This document shows, in pieces, positions 35,783 through 48,560 of a stretch of DNA of 64,000 bases. Within the stretch, counting starts at the first letter, position 1, and every line of letters starts with the position of its first letter. The notes below the pieces were generated by a model. That model was given only the letters and a program-made list of their open reading frames with translations. It was not told the origin of the DNA and did not search any database. A program made the position numbers and the translations under genes. Source of the DNA: Chrysomallon squamiferum (taxonomy: Eukaryota; Animalia; Mollusca); assembly GCA_012295275.1 (NCBI GenBank), contig CM022670.1:12772001-12836000 (forward strand), written 5' to 3'.

Positions 35783-38411
35783 TATGTTGTATAAAATATC
35801 AAATATTCTCTCTTTAGAACATATATATCTATACCTACATACATATACATATATACACAAAATAAAAATTTACTTATATACATGCAATCATGCATACATA
35901 GTTAGATGCATACACACACACACACACATATGCACAGTATATATGCAGATACATACATACATATCACAGTCTCTAAAGTTAAAAAATAAAAATTAAGGAA
36001 ACATAAAATTATTAACACTATGACGTTAAGTGATTATTTTTGCTTTTTCTAATTAATAACTGCAATCACGGCATGCACAGCCATGTTTCTTTGAAAACTC
36101 ACTCGTCGGCATGTGCCTTGGTGACTAGATTGGTCGGTGTGCCCGTCAACGTTGCAATGCCACCACAGTTGGCACCGTAGCATATGCTTAGTGATATAGC
36201 CTTGACTAGGTTTTTTGATCGCTCATCCAGTTTGGAAAAGTCAAGAGATGTGGTGAGGCTGTTTGTGTCATTGTCATCAGTCTCTGCCTGTTCAGCATCA
36301 TTTCCAGACTGACTGCAGTTAAAAAACGACCATGATGTTTTTATATTTGTAATCTACAAACATGAGGTGACGTAAAGCTGACTGTAATATTCAGTTATAA
36401 ACACACAACATAAAGATATAATCATACACCTGCACACACAGATATATACAACCACATACATAAGCATAAACAGATATATACACAACCGTATATACAAACA
36501 CACACAGATATATACAACCACATATGTAAACACATACATATACATACACAACCACATACATAAACACACATATATATACAACCACATACATAAACACACA
36601 CATATACATACACAACCACATACATAAACACACACAGATATATACACAACCACATACATAAACACACACATATATATACACAACCACATACATAAACACA
36701 CATATATACACAACCACATACAAACACACACATATATATACACAACCACATACATAAACACACACATATATATACACAACCACATACATAAACACAGATA
36801 TATACACAACCACATACATAAACACAGATATATACACAACCACATACATAAACACAGATATATACACAACCACATACACATACATAAACACAGATATATA
36901 CACAACCACATACATAAACACACACAGATATATACACAACCACATACATAAACACACAGATATATAACCACAACCACATACATAAACACAGATATATACA
37001 CAACCACATACATAAACACAGATATATATACAACCACATACATAAACACAGATATATACACAACCACATACATAAACACACAGATATATACAACCACATA
37101 CATAAACACAGATATATACACAACCACATACATAAACACACAGATATATACAACCACATACATAAACACAGATATATATACACAACCACATACAAAACCA
37201 CATAAACCACATAAAAACACAGATATATACACAACCACATACATAAACACACACAGATATATACAACCACATACATAAACATAGATATATACACAACCAC
37301 ATACATAAACACAGATATATACACAACCACATACATAAACACACACAGATATATACATAAACACAACCACATACATAAACACAGATATATATACACAACC
37401 ACATACATAAACACAGATATATACACAACCACATACATAAACACAGATATATATACAAAACACAGATATATATACATACATAAACACACACATATATATA
37501 TACAACCACATACATAAACACACACAGATATATACAACCACATACATAAACACAGATATATATACAACCACATACATAAACACACACAGATATATACAAC
37601 CACATACATAAACACACACATATATATATACACAACCACATACATAAACACAGAGATATACACAACCACATACATAAACACATATATATATATATACACA
37701 ACCACATACATAAACACAGATATATACACAACCACATACATAAACACACAGATATATACAACCACATATATAAACACACACATATATATACACAACCACA
37801 TATATAAACACACACATATATATACACAACCACATACATAAACACACACAGATATATACAACCACATACATAAACACACACAGATATACAACCACATACA
37901 TAAACACACACATATATATATACACAACCACATACATAAACACACAGATATACACAACCACATACATAAACACACATATATATATACACAACCACATACA
38001 TAAACACAGATATATACACAACCACATACATAAACACACATATATATATACACAACCACATACATAAACACACACAGATATATACAACCACATATATAAA
38101 CACACACATATATATACACAACCACATATATAAACACACACATATATATACACAACCACATACATAAACACACACAGATATATATATATACACAACCACA
38201 TACATAAACACACATGGATACACACACAGAATAATATTTCAGAACAGAACCTGACAGTAACTTGTAATTCAACTTCTTCAACACAAGAAGACAAGTTGTT
38301 GCACTGCTCTGAATCCTCCATAAGGGCTGAAACAAGATTGAACAAACAGAAGAGTTATCAAATCAGTTCCCAGACACTGTGACATTCTGATCAAAATAAT
38401 ATCTGTGTGTT

Positions 38412-38464
<53 letters not shown>

Positions 38465-39151
38465 TTGAGAGAGAGAGAATAAGTATGTGTTATAAAAATG
38501 TGTGTGTGTGTGTGTGTGTTATTTGTGTGATTTGGTTATTAATTTTTTACCCTTATGTGATTTTGATTAGTATCCTAATAATATTGATAATAATAATTAT
38601 GATGATGATGATAAGCCCAATTCCAATAAACTGAGAAGAAGAATAAAATAAAATAAAATATGTGTGTGTGTGTATGTAAATGCCATGAAAACATTTTTTC
38701 TCTGTATATATATATATATTCAAAGCATCCATTTATTTTTTTATTATTCAAGGAACATAGAATAATGCTGTAAATTAAAAAAATATCTATATATGAAAAT
38801 AATAATAAGAAGAATATCTGAAGTTACTACTGTTTTTATTTGCTATGTAGTACCGAACCACTATTAACGGTATAATAATTGACTTGTACTCTCTTTGTCG
38901 TCAACGTTGCTGACTTGTCGTTCTATCGTGAAGAGTCGATCTAGCAGCGCTCTTGCGATTGGAAGCATCATGGTGGTGGCGGCTGTGTTACTAATCCACA
39001 TCGACATAAAGGCCGTTCCGAACAAGAACGAGAAGAGAAATCTATGCAAACAAATCCACCACAGACTGAGTCAACAATCTCAGTTATTTTCTTTTATATT
39101 TTTATTAAAAAATTTTTTTTTTTTTTTTTTTTTTTGATTAATTTCGGTTGG

Positions 39152-39209
<58 letters not shown>

Positions 39210-39823
39210 GTTATATACGCGAATACAAAATGGAGATAATAAAAATCAAATATGAATAAGACTTGTATGTAAAATTAATTTTGCATATTATTATAATACA
39301 TCACCACACCTTCTAGAACTAACTCCAAAAAACATCAGAAGTCTAAGAGCAAATCGTTTGTGTATGTTACATTTTTCAATGGCAATAGCTATAATCATTC
39401 CTCCAATCAGCAAAAAGTCTATATCCTGAAGCAAATAAATAAATAAATAAAGACATAAATTCATGTAGAAAGAAACACAACGATCATATAATGAAATAAA
39501 CAGAAATACATAAACATCTTAACAAATACAAAAAAAATAAAAAATAAATACAAGTCATACAGGAACAAAGACATTAACGTGTCCAACTCTCTAACAGATT
39601 AATACTGGTTTCCATTAGCCCCTCCTTACCCACCTTGAAGTAATGTTTAGACAGCGCTTTAGACGGAGCCACGCCAAGCACGGGAAATATCACGATAGGT
39701 AACAGAGCGGTGACTGCAAGTGGAATCGCCTCTGTGATCCAGTATATGCACATCAAGAACAAACCGTAAGCACATTTTGATTCCTGGAAAATATGCAATC
39801 AAAATAACTTTGTTTGATGTTAC

Positions 39824-39921
<98 letters not shown>

Positions 39922-40285
39922 AATAAACGATAATATTTAAGATTCGTAATAAACAATAATAACAAAAACTGAACAGTAAAACTTCAGAGTTTATAATTAA
40001 TTATTTATCTGAACAGTATTCGCTATTCGTTTAGTGAGACGATTATAAAAAAAAAAAAAAAAAAAATTCGATCATTTACCTTTTTATATTATACTACGAC
40101 CTTGCAAATCAACATGTTAAACAACTATGTAAATTATTTGTCCTGTTGATGTTTTAACTTATATTGCGCTATTGTCAGTAACAACTTACCTTCGTTGTGC
40201 CTGGCAGAGCGAGTGGCAATAGAATTATAGGCGAAAAAATAATCACCAGTGTCTTCCACGATTCCTTCAAGAACTGTAGTGCCAT
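30879..40285 (-). CDS. SLC13A5-like: SLC13-A: Na+-coupled di/tricarboxylate transporter (SLC13/DASS family, Indy/SLC13A2/A5-like); 14 coding exons, ~593 aa
   Basis: All exons splice in frame with GT-AG introns; family motifs YWITEAIPLAVTALLP, SMWISNTAATTMMLPI, GGIATLTGTPTN, LPWGIILLLGGGFALA, TEVASNT, MLPVATPPNA, INTWG and FPDWA, plus C-terminal sequons NHT/NST. Confidence 0.93.
31408..31545 (-). CDS. SLC13-A exon 13 (HPLYFMLP...SFAYMLPVATPPNAVVFSYG)
   Basis: CAG/GTGGGT, 138 nt. Confidence 0.93.
32221..32382 (-). CDS. SLC13-A exon 12 (second SNT motif, TEVASNT)
   Basis: CAG/GTAAGA, 162 nt. Confidence 0.92.
32390..32860. repeat. (AAATT)n/(AAAAT)n pentamer tract with an internal ~140-bp duplication, SLC13-A intron 11
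   Basis: Directly visible. Confidence 0.85.
33525..33637 (-). CDS. SLC13-A exon 11 (LPWGIILLLGGGFALAEAC)
   Basis: CAG acceptor (alternative in-frame AAG at 33643), GTAATT donor. Confidence 0.9.
34037..34131 (-). CDS. SLC13-A exon 10 (YITDAVPAVLVALGLFIFPKKWP)
   Basis: CAG/GT, 95 nt. Confidence 0.88.
34421..34525 (-). CDS. SLC13-A exon 9 (FSEYVV...LWLMRNPGFIPGY)
   Basis: TAG/GTAAGT, 105 nt. Confidence 0.9.
35196..35291 (-). CDS. SLC13-A exon 8 (...VRKEHEKLGPM)
   Basis: TAG/GTAAAG, 96 nt. Confidence 0.88.
35589..35708 (-). CDS. SLC13-A exon 7 (ITFLSWMVFTVP...WFWLQIVFLG)
   Basis: CAG/GT, 120 nt. Confidence 0.9.
36103..36312 (-). CDS. SLC13-A exon 6 (...LSICYGANCGGIATLTGTPTNLVTKAHAD)
   Basis: CAG/GTGAGT, 210 nt. 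Confidence 0.9.
36425..38212. repeat. ~1.8 kb minisatellite of ~30-36 bp units (CACAACCACATACATAAACACA..GATATATA) filling SLC13-A intron 5
   Basis: Roughly 50+ tandem units; produces the three spurious 600-aa ORFs. Confidence 0.95.
38251..38326 (-). CDS. SLC13-A exon 5 (cytoplasmic loop LMEDSEQCNNLSSCVEEVELQVTV)
   Basis: Phase 1 in and phase 2 out fit the flanking exons; poorly conserved sequence. Confidence 0.65.
38884..39041 (-). CDS. SLC13-A exon 4 (first SNT motif, SMWISNTAATTMMLPI)
   Basis: TAG acceptor; donor uncertain (38884 or 38890, both phase 1); 38884 gives 158 nt, the same length as in the paralog. Confidence 0.85.
39310..39425 (-). CDS. SLC13-A exon 3 (DIDFLLIGGMIIAIAIEKCNIHKRFALRLL)
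   Basis: CAG/GT, 116 nt, ends in phase 2. Confidence 0.92.
39634..39783 (-). CDS. SLC13-A exon 2 (ESKCAYG...YWITEAIPLAVTALLP...HYFK)
   Basis: CAG acceptor, GTGGGT donor, 150 nt. Confidence 0.92.
40190..40285 (-). CDS. SLC13-A exon 1 (MALQFLKESWKTLVIIFSPIILLPLALPGTTK)
   Basis: ATG at 40285 in context gtcATGg; GTAAGT donor; phase 0. Confidence 0.88.
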
Positions 40286-40418
40286 GACTTTCAAAAATAC
40301 GGAAAAGTGCGAGTTATTCAGCAAAGAAACTTTTCTTTGAAATATGCTCGTTACTAAGCAGAATTTAGTGTTTCCTTGGGAAATCAGCTCATAACTTCCG
40401 TGTAAAAACCCACATGTT

Positions 40419-40426
40419 TATTTATA
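40419..40426 (-). promoter_or_regulatory. TATA box of SLC13-A
   Basis: TATAAATA on the minus strand, 134 nt upstream of the ATG. Confidence 0.5.
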
Positions 40427-40442
40427 ATTAAGTGAATCATTC

Positions 40443-40503
<61 letters not shown>

Positions 40504-40761
40504 GAATCATTATTGAAAAAATAATTATATATTTCCACAAAATAATTTGTCAACAGGTTTCCCTGCCTTTCATTTGTTACTGCCGCAGAAACATTCCATC
40601 GACTGCATTAAGCTTCCACATAAATATAAATGTATCGGGCGAATCCATGATTCAAAAAAAAGGGTAGGGAGACTTCGTTGACGCGAAATTTTAAGACCAG
40701 GAACCTTCATGCATTACAAAACTAAATTAAAACTGATCTTCATAAAAATACAGTAACACAA

Positions 40762-40838
<77 letters not shown>

Positions 40839-41308
40839 TAATAATAATAATAAATTAATAATAATAATAATAATTAATAATAAGAATAATAATAATAATA
40901 AATTCATTCATTCATTCATTCATTCATTAATAAAAATAATAATATAAAAAAATAAAAGAAAGAAAGAAAGAGAAAACGACACAGAGGTGAAAAGGGCACT
41001 GAGACCCGCCTGCGAGTGTTCAGCTTGTGACATGGTGCAGTTTCCAAGCTGAAGAGGCATGTCAGATATGCTGTTGTTACTGTGTTGTAGACAGGCTGAT
41101 TTACAAAACACACTTCTGCTCGTTTAAAATCGACAAATCCACAAATCACTTAGTACTCTTCAGCTGTCACTGTTGAGCGGCTTATTTCATTGGTGTGTCA
41201 TAGCTGTTGTAATTATCAGCTTTACTAGGAGAAAATGAAAAGTGTATGAATACAGTTTAGATGACTCTTTCAAGTCTGAATCGTAGATCAAATTTAAAAT
41301 GCAAAGAA

Positions 41309-41346
<38 letters not shown>

Positions 41347-41405
41347 TCAGAATTTTCTTTTAATATTAAAAGAAATATGATACATTTGTAAATAATGTGT
41401 GTGTA

Positions 41406-41444
<39 letters not shown>

Positions 41445-42239
41445 ACAAAACAAGTAATAATAATAATAATAATATGAAATAAATATATAAATAAGAAAAA
41501 AAAAAATTAAATCGCGTTCCCCAAAAATCCATTTAACAATAAGAAAGAAAGGAAAGAAAGAAAAGAGAAAATGATACACAACTTACTGCACAGTGAAAAA
41601 CAAGTTCATTAACAGTTATAACGCAACACAATAAAACGATGTTAAACAGCTGTTCTGTTTGATGCTAACTTTTATGTAATAATCAACGTACAAAACGGTT
41701 GACTGTTGCTTTTAATCCCGTTCCATTCGTGAAGCTCGTGGTGGCAAAGTTTTGATTACTCATTAATTTGTGTTTCCTGTCCGACTCAACTGACTTTTGT
41801 TTACACTCGGGCATCTGATGATACAGTCATACAAAACTTAACATAAATATATATATATATATATAACAAGATGGCAGATGCACAATAACGTACATAATAA
41901 TAAAAATACACACACAACGTATCAATGTATCAGACAGTGGATTTCAAAAAAAAAAAAAAAAAAAATATCACGATTAAATTACAGAAAATAGATGTCGTGT
42001 CGGTATAGCATAAATGGAGTCCAGTTGTTAATGCCTTTTTTTTTTTTTTTTTTTTGTTAATATTTGATAAAATATACATATACCGTCTGCTTTGAAAACA
42101 GTTAAACTGTAAGATTTAGGAATGACTGTGGACTTTCTTTGGGTGTAGGATACAGATATAAGTATCTACTGATATATAATAATTGAACATCATACAACTA
42201 ACGTCATACCTTGTAAGGTCTGTTGTTGTTTTTTTTTTT

Positions 42240-42281
<42 letters not shown>

Positions 42282-43317
42282 AAATTTATAATATCAAAAG
42301 TTCAGCTCAGATAATGAACATATTTAAACTTATACATTTAACCGCTTTGAACAAACACAGATTACAGGTGAGAGAATGTATATATTCCAGCTTGGTAGTG
42401 ATTATAAAGGGGATTAGTTTTCAGTTGGCATAAACCACGTCTCTGATAAGAATGAGTTGAACTGCTGAGCACAAATTAAAGCAATTAATACTAATTTCTT
42501 AGAAGTGTCAGTTCATCGATAGCGTAGGTTTTTTTCAAGTTTTTTTTAATTTGTATTTTATTTTATATTTTTTAGATAAAGAGAGTGAGACTTATTATAA
42601 GTCGTTTCGCAATTATTTATATACATAAATATAAGTAAAATAAAAAAATAATTGGGTTTTGACCTCGCACGCCCTCTACCAGGCTAGAAACAAGTGACAT
42701 CATTTCTTACCCCCCCCGGGCTTTATCCCTGTCATTTGTGGTTTTTTTTTTTATTGTATTGCACTGCAATGTATAGATAAACATAACAGAAATGCACTGC
42801 AAAAAAGTAAAGCGAAGAGAAATTAACAAAAACAAACAACAAACACTTAATCTCGTCAGGCGTGTATTTCGAAACCGAATTAATCATTAGATAAGTTATT
42901 GTTGGTTAGTAACAAACTGACAATATGAAATGAAAGTCTGGATATCCCAGTCATTAGGGAGAGGTTTCACACACTGCAAATATCTTTCTTCTTTAAATCC
43001 TCTCCGTTTCTTTTTCTGTCTGTATGTCTATGTGTGTCTTCATTCTGGGGTTGTTTTTTTCTCTCTCTCTCTCTCTCTCTTCCACTTTCTCATCTCTCTC
43101 TCTCTCTTTCTGTATTTTCTGTTCCTCTATCATTTTGATCCTCGCTATCTACGTTTTTTTTTGTTTTTTTTTTTTTCATTCTCTGTCTGTGCCATTTAAA
43201 TAATACGTTTCCACGCATTCAAGGTGATGTTAAACGAAAACATTTAAATATTGTGTAGTATTTTCTGTTAATATTATTAGTACGTTTCAATATAAATGAG
43301 TGTTGGTGTTTCGTTGG

Positions 43318-43491
43318 CTACGTGGTCGTGGTCAGAGGAACAGTTGTTAGATTTAGTGGATTTGCAGTTGTCGAACTATGAGTTGCCCAGGCAGGAAGTT
43401 CTTTCAAATTAAAATAGGCTGTACCCCACGTATTGATTGCCATGGTTACCAACACAGTGTTGAATATATTCAAAACGAATCCGGCTAATGC
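43318..43491 (-). CDS. SLC13-B exon 14 (ALAGFVLN..INTWG..LPAWA..NLTTVPLTTTT*)
   Basis: CAG acceptor, TAG at 43318-43320. Confidence 0.9.
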   Translation of the reverse strand, partial: ALAGFVLNIFNTVLVTMAINTWGTAYFNLKELPAWATHSSTTANPLNLTTVPLTTTT

Positions 43492-43559
43492 CTGAAAAAA
43501 AAAAAAAAAAAAAAATTCCTATTAATCTCATTAATTTATTATATCAGTTAAAAAACAAA

Positions 43560-43590
<31 letters not shown>

Positions 43591-44191
43591 CTATATTTCT
43601 ATTAATACTAAATTAATACTTAGTAAAAGATAATGAAAAACTGAGAATATAATATGATAAAACGAGTCCCCATTAAATATTAAAATATTTTTAAAAAATA
43701 CAGATACATAATCGTTTTTTCTTTTTCCTTATTAACTTTCGCTTTTTATGAAACGGATCAAAACAAGCCATAAAGGAAATACGGGGGAAAAAAAGAAAAA
43801 AAACAAACAACAAAGATGGTTAATTTTTGAAAAAAAACTAAAAAAAAAATCTTATAAAAGATTTTATCTATTTTTGAAAAAAAACAAAATGAAAAAAAAT
43901 CATGACACGACAAAACTAATGCTATATGTTTTATTCGTTTAGTACACTTGTTGAAATTTACTTTTGTCCATTGATACCAATTTTTTTTTTTCTGTTCATC
44001 AATCTGTCAAGGTGTTTCTTTTCATCAAATGATTGATCTCCAGGAACATTTAAAACAATTGCTTGGCAATAGTTAAAAAAGAATATATATTTTATACCAT
44101 GAATGAAACATTTCAGACGTACAGTTAAAGCCTGGGGATTACTGAATACTTGTAATTAACCTGTGCTACCTGAATGAATGAAAAAAAAATG

Positions 44192-44260
44192 AACGTGCTA
44201 ATCAAAGCTAGCTGTTGTGAAGCACGTCTACGACGGGCACGCTTTCTGACAGGTCAGCGG
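44192..44260. repeat. 69-bp dispersed element, copy 1 (SLC13-B intron 13)
   Basis: 66/69 identical to 56527-56595; ACGTGCT/AGCACGT stem. Confidence 0.9.
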
Positions 44261-44272
44261 TGTACTACCCAC

Positions 44273-44410
44273 CATTTCACTGATCTTGATGTCTCCGTAA
44301 GAGTAAATGACAGCATTCGGCGGAGCAGCCACTGGTAACATGAACGCGAAGGACGCACAGATTCCCGCTGGGAGCATGAAATAAAGAGGATGAATCTCCA
44401 TGGCGATAGC
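44273..44410 (-). CDS. SLC13-B exon 13 (MLPVAAPPNAVIYSYG)
   Basis: TAG/GTGGGT, 138 nt. Confidence 0.92.
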
Positions 44411-44990
44411 CTAGAAAATAAAGACAGGTAAATTACATTAAAACGCAATATCTACTTCTACGTACATATCCAAACCGTAATAACACAAGACATACACTCA
44501 TTCATACTCAGAGACAAGACTCGTACGCACAGACACACATACACAGCGAGCGAGAGAGAAAGAAAAAGAGAGACGCAGACACAGCTACAAATACACCCGT
44601 GCGAAAAAGCAGTTAAACAGCTAAATGTCTTAAGTTAAAAAATATCCGTTTTCCTTTAGACTAGAGTCCAAAAGCAGTAACAGAAGTTTTCTATGGTAAC
44701 TGTAAACATTTAAATTGCATTAAGAACATTGTTAACTGAGAAAGAATGTTCTAAAAATCACACATCCACTCAATAGATAGATAGATTTACAGATAGAGAG
44801 ACAGACAGACAAACAGACAGAGAGAGAGAGATAGACAGAAAAACAGACACAGAGAGAGATAGATAGGTATATATTGACAGTCAGTCAGATAGATAGATAG
44901 ATAAACAGATACACAGTCAGACAGATAAATAGAAAGACAGAAACAGAGACAAACAGATAGCGACATATATAGATAGACAGAGAGACAGGC

Positions 44991-45049
<59 letters not shown>

Positions 45050-45086
45050 AGGATATAGATATAAAAAAAACAGAAACAAAACTTAC

Positions 45087-45248
45087 AAGTCGACCTATAA
45101 TTGGAACGAACAGTGAAGCGACAACCATGTTTGACATGATCTCAGTGAGAAAGATGGTAAAGACCACCACAACGAAACAAGCACCTTCCGGTCCCAGACT
45201 TTTTATAAAGGAAAGTTTTTGTGCTAGAAGAGGTGACAGGCCAGATAC
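45087..45248 (-). CDS. SLC13-B exon 12 (TEIMSNM)
   Basis: TAG/GTAAGT, 162 nt. Confidence 0.92.
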
Positions 45249-45595
45249 CTAAAAGAAATCAAAAAAAAATTTAAGATCCTGAAACACTATAATCGCTTAT
45301 ATATGGGGCTGTATGCTTATGTTTATGGTATGCATATGAATAATGAATGAGTTACATGATTAGAGCCTACTTTCATAATATATATATAAATTATATATCG
45401 ATTATTCATTCCAGCTGATTTTCCACAGTGATTAATCAAATAATGCCTTGGTTTGTATTGCGCTACCTATGGGAAGGTAAAATAGATTTACCTTCTTGAT
45501 TAACTTTCAGTATGAACAACATAATATTTATATAAACACGTTGTAACCAATTGTTTATTTCGACTCGAAGGATCGAGAAGTAGTAGTAGAAGTAA

Positions 45596-45637
<42 letters not shown>

Positions 45638-45760
45638 CAGTAGAATAATAGTAATAGTACTAGTAGTAGTAGTAGTAGCAGTAGAAGTAGAATAATAGTA
45701 ATAGTACTAGTAGTAGTATAAATAGTAGTAGTAGTAGTAGTAGTAGAATAATAGTATACA

Positions 45761-45820
<60 letters not shown>

Positions 45821-45871
45821 AAGCAGTAGTAGTAGTAATAGCAGTAGTAAGTAGTAGTTAATGAAAATTAC

Positions 45872-45996
45872 CTTGCTAGCTTCTGCCAGTGCAAAACCTC
45901 CACCCAGAAGGATAATGACGCCCCAGGGCAGTGACTTGCTGACGTCAGACCACAGAATAATGCTGGGACTTTCAGTCGGCGGTGAACTGCTGGAAG
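45872..45996 (-). CDS. SLC13-B exon 11
   Basis: LPWGVIILLGGGFALAEASK; TAG/GTAATT. Confidence 0.9.
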
Positions 45997-46115
45997 CTAT
46001 GTAGACAGAATTACATTTAAAAAAAAAAAAACACCTTCAGACTAATAGATGAATTACTAAGTTACGTCTTACTTCGGAAAATAATGTTAATTATAGTTGT
46101 GCGTATCGATCATTA

Positions 46116-46154
<39 letters not shown>

Positions 46155-46235
46155 TGTTGTTGTTGTTGATGATGTTTCTGTTGTTGTTATTCTAAAAGGT
46201 AATTCCAGCATGGTGATTGCGGCCGGTAATATATT

Positions 46236-46270
<35 letters not shown>

Positions 46271-46342
46271 TATATATATATATTTTATTTTTTTTTTATT
46301 TTTTATTTTTTAACTAATTTATTTTGCTTTATTATGACGTAC

Positions 46343-46433
46343 CTTTTTTGAAACGTAAGTGATTGGGCCATTTTTGGGAAATACGAAAAGACCAATTATT
46401 ACTAGCATAGACGGAACTGAATCAGATACAAAC
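46343..46433 (-). CDS. SLC13-B exon 10 (FVSDSVP..LFVFPK[fs]WPNHLRFKK); contains frameshift 2
   Basis: CAG/GTACGT; 91 nt where 92 are needed. Confidence 0.85.
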
Positions 46434-46523
46434 CTGAAATAATAAAACAAGAAAAGTCATTTTAATTAAATATTAGCATATAATGTGTATGTGTGGGGGG
46501 TACATAAATGGGTATATATATGT

Positions 46524-46557
<34 letters not shown>

Positions 46558-46801
46558 ATAAGTGTATAAGTGTATATAGGTCTGTACTATATGTTGGTAT
46601 GGATGTATACGCATTACATATGTGTGTGGGTGTGTGTGTGTGTGTGTTTTTAAGTGTATAAATGCATGTATATATGCATATGTTCGTTTATCTTCTAAGG
46701 ACGTACTCATGCAAATATGAATATTTCTACGAATGTAAATAATATACAATGCAAATGCATGTGTAACTGGGAACTGTATGGGTGGGGATATGGAAACTTA
46801 C

Positions 46802-46906
46802 TTTTTGCGAAACAAACTTGCATATCCAGGAATAAACCCTGGATCTCTTGTTATCCAGAGAACAACCATCAGAACAAAGTGCACGACAACAACGATTTCT
46901 GAAAAA
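46802..46906 (-). CDS. SLC13-B exon 9
   Basis: [13 protein letters not shown]; TAG/GTAAGT, 105 nt. Confidence 0.9.
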
Positions 46907-47143
46907 CTAGAAATGTGAGATGGCCACGACATAATACGGTAGAGTTTCAGTCTGTATATGGGCCATTTTCCTACAAACTGGGAAATTGTAATATATATAT
47001 ATATATATATATCTATATATATGTGTGTGTGTGTATATGTATATATGTGTGTGTGTATATATATATATATGTATGTATATATATGTGTGTGTGTATATGT
47101 ATATATATGTGTGTGTGTTTATGTATATATATATATATGTATG

Positions 47144-47194
<51 letters not shown>

Positions 47195-47282
47195 ACATAC
47201 ATACATACATACATATATACATATATACATACATACATACATATATATATATATATACACACACACACTGACATACACCACG

Positions 47283-47326
<44 letters not shown>

Positions 47327-47571
47327 AAAGATATAAATACTTTAACGTTAAAAAAAAGAAGAAAAAATCATAAAAGAAAAAAGAAAAGAAATGACTATTT
47401 TTGATGAATAAAACTATATTAAGAATAATTATATTTAAAAAAAATGATAGCAATAACAGTGATAGAAGATTTTATTTTTGGAACAAATAATTACAGAAAA
47501 CCCTCAGTTCGTATGCCTGATTCCGTCTAATTTTGTTTATCCTATCGCTTTTAGAAAATATAAATATTTAC

Positions 47572-47673
47572 CTCATGGGACCTAGTTTGTGGTGTTCCTT
47601 TCGAATCAGTAGCATGATTTCTTTCTTGGCTTTAATTACAGAATCACTTTCTTTTCGATAACGAAACGTTTCC
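47572..47673 (-). CDS. SLC13-B exon 8
   Basis: IRKEHHKLGPM; TAG/GTAAAT, 102 nt. Confidence 0.88.
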
Positions 47674-48008
47674 CTATACGAAACATAAATAATAAATGTG
47701 TATAAAATGTTCTACAATAATACAGTTTAAAAAGACTTTATTTTCAGAATATCCGAAGTTGTCGACAGAAATTAACAGTAATGAAAAGATAAACCGAATA
47801 AATAAACATTTTGAATATATTTTTGTATTATATATATTAACAAAAAAAACAATATATATATTAACGTTCCTAATACGAAAATAACATTAATTCTTATTTA
47901 ATGATTAAAAAATGAAACGAGCAGAACACCGAATTAATGATTTATGTGAAGGAAAGAAAAAGAAAGAAAGAACAAACAAAAAAATCTCAAATGTATTAAT
48001 GCCCATAC

Positions 48009-48128
48009 TTAGGACCCAGAAAAAGCAGCTGAAGCCAGAACCATATAAAGAAGACAGAAATAAACGAGACAGGAACTGTAAACACCATCCAAGACAGATA
48101 CGTAATTCCAGAATTTCCATTTGCCAAA
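48009..48128 (-). CDS. SLC13-B exon 7
   Basis: ITYLSWMVFTVP; CAG/GTATGG, 120 nt. Confidence 0.9.
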   Translation of the reverse strand, partial: FGKWKFWNYVSVLDGVYSSCLVYFCLLYMVLASAAFSGS

Positions 48129-48137
48129 CTGCAATTT

Positions 48138-48190
<53 letters not shown>

Positions 48191-48407
48191 TATGTTGTAT
48201 AAAATATCAAATATTCTCTCTTTAGAACATATATATCTATACCTACATACATATATACACAAAATAAAGACTTGTTAATTATCACTTCATAGAATATTTT
48301 ATATGTACAGTTAATTATAAAATAATGAAAACACGTCAAATAATCATTTTATATTCGTTACTTTAATAAAGCGTAATATGTAATCATGTATTATGTTTGT
48401 GCAGGTG

Positions 48408-48448
<41 letters not shown>

Positions 48449-48560
48449 ATAGGTGTGTTCTTGGAGATGTTTCTTAAACTTCGCACTATTGTAATATAAA
48501 CTATATATAAAAGGTATAAATATGTAGAAATTTCGCTCATACTATTCAAAATGAACTTAC

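Noticed and set aside
36354-38345. Three overlapping 610-663 aa ORFs (C/V/Y/M/I-rich)
   Set aside because: Translation of a stop-free intronic minisatellite, open in all three frames; only the first ~25 codons of one frame correspond to SLC13-A exon 5
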